64,000 nt of DNA from Piedraia hortae CBS 480.64 (lineage: Eukaryota): contig MU005958.1 in assembly GCA_010093745.1 (NCBI GenBank), forward strand, positions 496,001 to 560,000, in the 5' to 3' direction. The position numbers were made by a program, and so were the translations under genes. Positions within the stretch are counted from its first letter, which is position 1. Every line of letters starts with the position of its first letter. Shown piece after piece: positions 55,426-64,000 of this stretch. The notes under the pieces were generated by a model that was given only the letters and a program-made list of their open reading frames with translations, did no database searches and was not told the DNA's origin.

Positions 55426-56228
55426 TCACCGATGAGCCACCCACTCTCGCCATTGGTGCCAATCGTCGTAAGATAGCCCGACCTGATTCCCTTGATACGT
55501 TGTCAGCTTTCCCTCGCCGTCTTTCCACGTCTTCTGCCAGTCTTTCCCTTGCCATCCCGCCTTGTGCATCAGAGAGACAATGGCGTCTTCCTGTTTCCAT
55601 CCCTGATCCTTGGCCACGTACGGAAGGTACGTCGCTCCCATCTTCCGCCCCTTGTATGTAAACGATATTCTGATGCCATGGAATCCAACGATCCAATCCA
55701 AAGCGTCCTTTGACGGCTCCGAAAAGTTCGTCAACAGCGTGACGTGAGCGCTCAACTTTGGAAGCAACCGCGCCGTGATAGGTGAGAATCGGGGATCCTC
55801 CAAAGCGCTTTTTTCAACGAATTAGAACAACATTCCCAGATGAAGAGACAGGCACAAAGAGATTGGAATTTTAATTCTCCTTACCTACTCAACGCGAAGT
55901 TCTTCAATCCGGGTTCCAATCTCTGAGGCTCAAACGTCCCCAGACATCCGCGCAGCACCTTGCCCGGGTGCGTGTTGTAGCTTACGAATAAAGGATACTT
56001 TCCATCTCGGGAGGGACTGGAGACGTTGCCGTTTGGGAGGGACTCGTTCAGGGATTTTCCATCCGGTAGGGACGTCCCGCTTGATGAAGACGATGAGGAC
56101 GCTTCGCGGCTACGAGACTCCCACTCATCCCAAAGCTGCAGCACCGTTTCAAGACTGAGCGGTTTGCGGCCTTGGAAATTGGATACCAGGCATTCGAATA
56201 CATAGGCGCAGTGGCCTGTAGTGGCCAT
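55426..56228 (-). CDS. AMMECR1-domain protein
   Basis: PLFVSY...LRGCLGTF, SALEDPRFSPI, GFHGIRI and ATYLPYVA. Intron 55808-55884. Confidence 0.9.
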
Positions 56229-56599
56229 GCCTCCTATATTTTGGACAGGGGGGTGGTAGGGATGTTGATGGAGGGGGTGGGGGTGAGTGAGGGTGATGGA
56301 ATTTTGACATGTGGGGATGATGACATTGCTGACGTTCACAAACCTGACATTCATTTGTATACTACAGATGGACACCGATGACTAAAGCACAGTGATCTAT
56401 TTTAGCCACCTGTGTCTTCGCCTCCGACTGAATACCAGAAAATACGGCTATGTGGCTAATTGATGTGCGGCGGGTGGTGGTATCGGAGGATTCAGAGGCA
56501 ATGGGTCAACAGATCGTGACGAAGAAAAAAAGTCGTTGCGGAGAGAGATCGGAAGCTTCAACTACACGGCGTGAGCCTGTGAATCCAGTTCGTTAGACT

Positions 56600-57150
56600 G
56601 CCCGATTCTCGGTGTGGCAATCCGAAAAGCCACCAACGAAATCCTGTGCGAGGCACAGATGACTCTAGTGCGCGGATATTGTATCAATGTTTTCATATTT
56701 CGCTCCTTCTTTTCTGCTTTGCTGGGTTGCCATTTCCATGGTCGCGTTGGGAATCACCCATGTGTCGATCATCTGAACTAGAGAATTACTCTACAGTTGC
56801 TTGAGAGTCATGGTGTATGCGAGTGTAACTCATCGTTAGTCATATACCTTTGTATGCGAGATCGAACAGCTGCATTGTTTATCCATTGTCATGTTGACAT
56901 AAAAGAACAGATACCGCCTCGGGCTCAAGAGCTCGTTTCCATTGTCTTTTCTCATGCGTGCGAGTAGTCTGGTACCTCACAGTTCAAGTCTATGATAACC
57001 TGCGTAACGCTTCTCCTTTCCTCGGCCCAATCGAGCAGACACAATTGAAAGCATCCTTACCTCCGCCATTTTCATCAAAAGATATCAATGTCAACCAGGT
57101 ACTGTAGCCTACCGTCTTCTTTTACATGTGGCAGGGGTCAACATTTTCAG
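56600..57150 (-). pseudogene. Very degenerate second SRPK-like kinase relic
   Basis: Collinear fragments GYSTWL (~57092-57109), HDNG*TMQL, KGI, ID/MGDS (~56750-56770), QY/RALE/VI (~56655-56685) and WLFG. All are separated by frameshifts or stops. Confidence 0.4.
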
Positions 57151-58387
57151 GATCTGGAGATTGGAATTGGTAGAACGAATTATTAGGTGTGTTCATGTCC
57201 CGTGAAGGTTTATTGTTCAGGCTGGAGTTCGAGGTTTGCGATGTTGTGCTGACGTCTATCTGTGCAGTGGATTATGTTGAGAATTCCGTGTGGGGATCAT
57301 TTACATCGATGTATAATTAAATATGGTGTTTCAACTTGGCCAGAAGCTGCTTTTGGTTATATTTGTATGCGTTCTGCCATTTTAGTTTTGCTTTTCTTGG
57401 GGTTGGGACGTTTCGCAGTGCTTTCTTAAAAATTGTCTGCCAGTTGTAATCAATCCAATGTCTAAAGAACATAATTGTTAGGTAGAATCGTTAGTGATGA
57501 TGATCTCAACTTGAAAGCGCAGCTGTAGTTAGTATGTATGAGCTTTTTCGCCTGGCGACATGGAAAGTTGTCCAGGGTTTTCCGACTTTTCTGGATGAGT
57601 TACAAGTTGAAACACTTGGCAATCTCATCTATCTGCCTTGACCGGGTAACCAGGATAAGTCAAGCGACCGAGTTTGCAATGAGGCAACGTGGCGGATTTG
57701 TGGACGGACCATCGGAACATTGTGGGCAAGCCGGGGTTCTAGAGCCGCTTGAGCAATTACCTGGTCATGGCGACAGGTCAGTGATGACAACGAACAGGTG
57801 TCACCAACGGCGAACTGATTTATCCACCAATCGCACTGTGCGACAACTATGACATATGTAGGATCGCCTCGATCCCTGCCGCACGTAACTGGCGGCGTTT
57901 TACGTAAACTATGTGGTTGGATGACGACATTGCTTTATCTTTGGAAGAGAGCGTTCGGCATGCTGATTAGGCTGGAGACACTCGAGTGTAGATAGATTAA
58001 AAAAAAACATGTATTCTACAGCGAGTCGAAGAATCGGACCGTGTCTGGGCCAGGCATGATCAAATGAGTCCGTATTAGCGACAACACACCTAACGCAGCT
58101 CATTTCTTCTGCGGCAGCCTGGTGAAAAGCACAGGCCGCCACAGCCCCCGCACTGAGAAACTGTTGACGTCCAACGTCTTCCAGTCACTGTAGACTATCC
58201 CCAAATTGATTGGTTCGCATTCCGCGACGTCTCGGCCCGGACCACTTAGAGATTGGATTGTAGTCCCCGACGCGACACCAACTACTGGACATGGTCCAAA
58301 TTGTCCGGTAAATGTGAAAACTGACGGCTGAACGCGTGGAAGCCAGGCGCATATTGACTTCTGTACACAAACAAACACTGAACCACC

Positions 58388-59450
58388 ATGTTGGCGGCAC
58401 TCGTCGTGCTGCTACTCTCCGCCTCCTCCGCCGCCGTGCGCGCCCACGATGCGCTGCTGCAGAGGCACGGCCTTATGAAGCGTCAGTCAATGACGTACAG
58501 TGGCTGCTACTCTTCGTCGGGAAGTCTGGACGATCAGGGCCCATACATGTACCAGACCTCGGGCTACTGTCAACCCATCTGCCTGAAGAAGAATAACGCC
58601 GTATTGGGCTTAAGCGGCGGCAGCGATTGCTGGTGCGGCGATACGTTACCACCCGCCAACACCAAGGTTGACGATTCCAAATGCGACTCGCCCTGCAACG
58701 GCTACGGCTCAGACAAATGTAAGTCTGGCAGCGGCCGCGAGTGACTATTCTAACATCTTGCAGGCGGCGGCCAGGGCTTTTACTCGGTCTATCTCACAGG
58801 CCTTAAAGCCAACGTAGGCAACGATAAACCTATGTCGGGCACTACTGCCAACAATGATGGCGCAGCTGCGCCTTCACCCTCCTCAGCTAGCACGGTCGCT
58901 AGCCAAGCAGAGAGTAGCGCTGGAAGCAGCTCATCAGCCGCGACCATCACCGGTTCCACCACCGACCCGAGCGATTCAGTTACCGGGCCCGTTGTTTTCC
59001 GTACAGATCCGCCAACTACCCTCGTCGTGACCGACACATCGACTGTTTCGACACCAACAGCGGCAGCCCCACCGCCTAAAAGCAGCAAAGGCGGCGGCAA
59101 ATCAAACACAGTCGGCATAGCGGTTGGCGTGGTGGTAGGAATACTAGCACTTCTTGCTCTTCTAGTTGCGTTCTTCTTATATCGGCGGCACAGGAAGCGG
59201 CAAGCAGAAAAAGCGGCCGCCCAAACGGAGAAGATCAAGCCTTTCTTTGCTGAGAGGGATCCAAACCACATTCCACCGAGCACAACAATAACCTCGAGAA
59301 GAGACTTTGACAGGGACAGCATTGGCAGTTTAGTGGACGAGGACCGCCCCATAACGCAGCCCGGAAGGGTGCTGGTGGTGAGTCTTCTTTTTTGTGTCAA
59401 GCGTTCAGCACTGACAGGTCTTGCAGGTTGCAAATCCCGATCGGGAATGA
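58388..59450 (+). CDS. WSC-domain cell wall stress sensor
   Basis: Signal peptide, 8-Cys WSC domain, S/T-rich stalk, single TM segment and C-terminal RVLV|VANPD. Introns 58719-58763 and 59378-59426. Confidence 0.9.
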
Positions 59451-59771
59451 AAGCGTGTGTGACTACATCCTAGCAACGAATACCCACCGAAACGATGTGC
59501 TTCTGTCCAAAACATAAATATCCCTTTGTTTCTTCATTGTATTTGTGCGAAAGCGTTTTTTGCATGACGGGAAAAATGGACATTCGATGTGAGGTTCGGT
59601 TATTGAGACCGGCCACATAGTCCTACATACCTATCCAATGACTTAAAGTTCGTTTCAATGACACCTTCATGTCAACCTTGAACGCTAATCGAGGCCAGGC
59701 TAGGGCCGGCCCGACGGGAATCCCCGCTACATCGAGCAATGAACTGAGCAGAAACCAGGCTGTGATAGCCC

Positions 59772-62658
59772 ATGGCACATCTCTTACGAGGCAAGCAAGC
59801 AGGCTTACAAAACGACCTATCCGCAGGCTTATCAACTGAACTATTTGGCATCGACGACATCTCCCGTTGCGGCGTCAATAGCGAGATATCATGTTTAGCA
59901 TATGACCCGGTCCAGTCTCTCCTAGCCGTGGGCACCAAAGCTTCCCGCTTCGGCCGGGGTCAAGTATACATCTTTGGGCGGAACCGCATTCAAGTCATCC
60001 TACCCCTGCCTTCACCCAGAGGCACGAGTGTACAAACACTTCAATTCTGCGCCGACAAGTTGATCTGCCTGGATGATAAGCACGACATTGCAGTATTCTC
60101 CCTCGAGCGCAAGGACGTAGTGGCTGCATTCACACCGCCGGGAATTGTCACGACGGTTTGCTCGGATCCCACTCTCGACTATGCTCTGCTCGGGACAAGG
60201 GTGGGAGACGTACTCGCTTATGATCTGGATCGTGTGCGAATGACGAGCTTCAAAATTCCATGTCTGTGGACAGAGACTAACCCCACCGTGCGTTCGTCGG
60301 AAATCATTGGTTTGCAGTTTCATCCGAGAGATATTGGGGTGTTGTTGATTGGGTACTCATATGGTGCTGTTGTGTATAATTTCAAAAGAGAAAAGGCTCA
60401 ACGATTCTATCATTATGAGCAGTCAAACGGCAAGGGACCCAGGCTCACACAAGCCAATTGGCATCCTACAGGCACTTTTGTCGTGACGGGATACGAAGAT
60501 GGTTCAGTTGTGTTTTGGGACGCCGCAAAAGACGGCCGCATGCTACTGGCTAGGACATTGACCGAGGACAACTCTTTGGTCAAACAGCCAATTTTCAAAA
60601 TGGCATGGTGCGCAGGCCAGAACCCAGAGGACACGTCGATTCTGATTGCTGGAGGCCAGCCACCGCAGGATCCGATGAAAGGTTTAACGCTCTTCGATAT
60701 GGGTCGCACGCCAGCCTACGCAACCTCAACCTGGGATTCGCTGTCGAATTACTTGGCATCGCCTAAGAGTCAGCGCATATTTCCAACCCCACCCGGTGTG
60801 GATGTGTTGGATTTTTGCTTGATACCTCGTACGTCGCCGCATTATAATGGTGCTCATGACCCGTTGGCCGTCATTGCCGTATTGCCTTTTGGAGAGTTGT
60901 ACATGTTGGAATTTCCTTCTGGCGAACCTGCAAGCCCAGTGAATCGACTTCCAACTTCCCTGACGTTGGTGGATCCTTTTATCAAACAGGTCAACGTGAA
61001 CATGGCCGATCGGGAACGGTGGCTTGGCTTGATGGAGAGGAGACGACAGAGTCCGGAATTCCTCAGAGGAGGCGCAGAGGTCATCCGTACCAGGCGACGC
61101 TATGAGTCTCGTATGATTGTGCAAGCCGTGCATTCCAATGGATCCGTACGCCTTTACGACATTGGCCAGGGTGATGAGGTTGAGAATTGCCAAGTCTTAC
61201 AGGTCGATGTGGGGAGGGCTGTCCAGCGATTCGAAAATATTGCAGTGGCTCATACGAGCTTTGCATCGGCCAGCTGTGAGCTTGCTGTTGGTATGACGAC
61301 GGGAGAGCTGGTCATCTTCCGTTGGGGCGTCAAGCGACAAGTGCCCACGCAGCAGGGTCAATTGAAGAATATCTCTGACCGGGCGAGTCCTGATCTAAGC
61401 GAAGGCCTGTTGCCACTTACCTTATTGGAAGGACAACATGGGCCCGTCACGGCCGTGAAAATGAGCGACGTGGGTTTTGTAGCTGCTGGCTACGAGAATG
61501 GTGCTCTAGTGGTCATTGATCTAAGAGGGCCGGCTGTAATTTACTCTTCATCAATCTCGGACCTCAGCAAAAGCAGCAGTCGGGGCCTGCGAAGGAAGTC
61601 GAGCATTGGACATACAGACTGGGTAACCCGGCTCGAGTTCAGTGTCATGATGCTCGAGGGCGAAGATTACAGCAGCATTCTGTTGCATGTGGGGACAAAC
61701 TTGGGACGATTGGGCACATTCAAGATCCTTCCCAGTGCCAGTGGACAGTATACGGTTGAGCTCGCCGGAAGTGTTTCACTGGACAGTAAAATCGTGCAAT
61801 TTTCGCCAATTCGCACCGACTCGGGCAAGTCCGCAGCTGCTTCACAGGCAGTTGTAGGCAGTTTGCGAAACGGACTCAAAGTCAGTGGGGTTCTTATTGC
61901 AGTGAGCCAGAATAGCGTTCACATATTCAAGCCTGCCAGCTCAAAGGGCGCACACAAGACATTCGACAGCGCACTTTGCGAGAATGCGGGCGTGGTGAGA
62001 CATCAGGATCAAGGCTATGCGTTGGTTTGTCTGTTTTCTGACGGAACTGCGCGTGCTTATAGCATTCCATCCTTACGAGAGCTGGCTTCTCTAAGGCTGG
62101 GTCAAGTGCTTGATGCTAAAAGGTTCCACGAAGCTACGGTTGCGCCTACTGGGCACATTGTAGGGTTTGCTGGACCTTCGGAGCTGGCTGTGGTTTCTGT
62201 CTGGGGAGATGTTGAACGTCCAAAGAATCCTGACAAGCTGTTCAATGTTGAAGCAACTATACCACCTCGACCCACAATATCTGCTGTGCAATGGGTCACG
62301 GGAACGCAATACCTCACTCCTTTGGATCTTGATGTGCTAATTGGTGGTCCTGAACGTCCGCCTTCTAAGCGAATGCTGGCAGAGGCTGAAGCAAACCGCC
62401 CTGCTCCAGTACAAGGCACTGCAAACCAAGAAGGATACTGGGCTTATATGCAACGACAAGTGACCGAACGCACTCAGAACCTCAACCTAATGGGTGATAC
62501 GATGAGCGACATGGAAGAAGCCAGTGCCACATGGGCAAAGGATGTGAACAAATTTGTTAACCAGCAAAAGAAAAAGGCTGTGACGGGGAGTGAGTCTTTC
62601 ATACATCACAAGACGCAGGCTGACAACTCCAGTGATCAAGTCGAAATTCGGATTTTAG
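59772..62658 (+). CDS. SRO7: Lethal giant larvae/tomosyn-family exocytosis regulator
   Basis: [16 protein letters not shown]40 repeats, [15 protein letters not shown] and [10 protein letters not shown]. Intron 62590-62632 gives the C-terminus MIKSKFGF*, so the real end is 62658, not 62801. Confidence 0.92.
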
Positions 62659-62743
62659 ATTGGCGGCGGGTAAACCCCGGGACGGGCACGGGCGGGGGAG
62701 AATTTCGCCCACACGGCATTTCACCAAACACCACTCCAGCACA

Positions 62744-63640
62744 ATGCGCTTCTCCTTTGACTACTGCCCCGACCGGCCCGAAAATATTGACCATATCCTG
62801 AACGGCCTTGATCGGTATAACCCAGAGACGACTATCATCTTCCAAGACTACGTAGAGCTGCAGTGTGAGAACCAGACCTATGACTGCTATGCGAACCTCG
62901 CCCTGCTAAAGCTGTAAGTACTGCAAAAACCCCTAGCCCTCCAATGATGACCAAAAAACGTTTCCTATTACCTGAACCTATGGTGATGTTCAACGAATAT
63001 TAGCTCTATCTGACCCTTATTTGCGTCCACTTGTAACCTCTAGCCGCGAGCAGCTGCTAACCGGACTAGATACCAATTCAACCCGCAGCTTACGCGGGAT
63101 GAAACCATCACAAACATCCTAGTTAAAGCGTTGACGGTTTTTCCATCTCCCGATTTCAGCCTCTGTCTCTCGCTACTTCCTCCCCATGTTGCCGGAACGA
63201 CAAAACAGCAGGGCGCCTCGTCTGCCTCAGCGGGAAGCATTACCGAGGCCGTACAGCAGCTCAGCGTGCTGCACGCACAGCTAAAAAACGCCCAGTACGC
63301 GCAGTTCTGGACCACGCTCGAGAGCGACGATCTCTACGCCGACCTGGTGGCCGACGTGCAGGGGTTTGACGAGCTGATGCGCGTTAGAATCGCCGTCGTC
63401 GTGTCGCAGTGCATGCAGGAGGTCGACCGCGACGTGCTGGAGCGCTGGCTGAACCTGTCCGGGTCCAAGTTTGATAAGTTCGTCAAGGACATTTGCGGAT
63501 GGGATGTCGACAACAGTGGGAAGTCCATCAAGATCCCGCTGAACAAGGACAACGAGGCGCGCAGCACAACAGTCAGGGAGGATGTCAAGTTTGAGCAGTT
63601 TGGACGCATGATTAAAAGGGCTTACGAGGTCGGCGCATGA
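62744..63640 (+). CDS. Translation initiation factor 3 subunit K
   Basis: [12 protein letters not shown]...[17 protein letters not shown] and [10 protein letters not shown]. One 156-nt intron at 62914-63069. Confidence 0.93.
62940..63016 (+). ncRNA. Intronic box C/D snoRNA, double guide (U44/SNORD44-like D guide)
   Basis: Box C ATGATGA 62944-62950, D' CTGA 62972-62975, C' GTGATGT 62983-62989 and D CTGA 63010-63013. Guide TATTAGCTCTA is complementary to the conserved 18S UAGAGCUAAUA. Guide ACGTTTCCTATTA is complementary (one G-U) to the conserved LSU UAAUAGGGAACGU. Confidence 0.85.
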
Positions 63641-63733
63641 GCGGTGTATCGTGTATTACATTTGTTGTTTTTTTTTCCAAGCGAGGCGTATAACAAAGGA
63701 TTCTGGGGGCATCAAAACGGTGGTTTCATTACT

Positions 63734-64000
63734 CTACTGGGTCATAACGGTGTCCTTGCTGGTTTCCGTGGTGTGGGCGGCAGTGGATGGCTCGACTTCC
63801 ATCTGGTCGTCTTCCTCCTCCTCACCTTCCACCTCCACCTCGTCCTCTGAGCTTTCGGCTTCCAGATCCTCAGACGCGTTTTCATCATCGTCCTTGTCCT
63901 CAGCAGTGGCTGTGGCGGCGGCAGACGGCTCGGTGCCTTCCATGTGATGATCCTCTTCACCTTCAGCACCCTCAGCTGCACCTGTCTTAGCCTCTTCCTC
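63734..64000 (-). CDS. 3' end of a gene running off the window; acidic low-complexity C-terminus
   Basis: Open frame from the window edge to TAG at 63734-63736: ...DDDENASEDLEAESSEDEVEVEGEEEEDDQMEVE... Confidence 0.6.
   Translation of the reverse strand, partial: EEEAKTGAAEGAEGEEDHHMEGTEPSAAATATAEDKDDDENASEDLEAESSEDEVEVEGEEEEDDQMEVEPSTAAHTTETSKDTVMTQ

Noticed and set aside
62633..62801. Apparent overlap of the SRO7 ORF with eIF3k
   Set aside because: Resolved by intron 62590-62632; SRO7 ends at 62658.
1..64000. tRNA, rRNA, snRNA genes or CRISPR-like arrays
   Set aside because: No cloverleaf/T-loop context, no conserved snRNA or rRNA cores and no repeat-spacer arrays were seen by eye. tRNAscan/Infernal would be needed to exclude them fully.

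Overview
This is eukaryotic DNA from a filamentous ascomycete (Pezizomycotina-type proteins, CTRAY branch points). The genome is unusually compact: introns are mostly 43-58 nt, many intergenic gaps are under 200 bp, and one convergent gene pair overlaps at its stop codons. About 34 intact protein-coding genes are present, mostly housekeeping: mitochondrial IF2, RPA34, a zinc peptidase/jacalin protein, Whi5-like, LCB1, FIG1, UBP8, an MFS transporter, a P450, EAF-like, an intronless Argonaute, RNA14, UNC-50, a SprT protease, F-box-like, TIP20/RINT-1, BCK1, HNT1, SMD1, PKR1, a sugar transporter, IMG2, eIF3e, JJJ1, MOG1, HSP12, AMMECR1, WSC, SRO7 and eIF3k. The five 2-3 kb gaps between gene blocks are mostly not empty. 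I read in them a decayed Helitron directly upstream of Argonaute, an MJ1316-domain pseudogene and two decayed SRPK-like kinase genes. Signals missing from the ORF track include a double-guide box C/D snoRNA in the single long intron of eIF3k, a 4-nt micro-exon in UNC-50, a GC-AG intron in HNT1 and the whole HSP12 gene. I found no clearly novel multi-gene system. All identifications come from motif recognition by eye; no searches were run.
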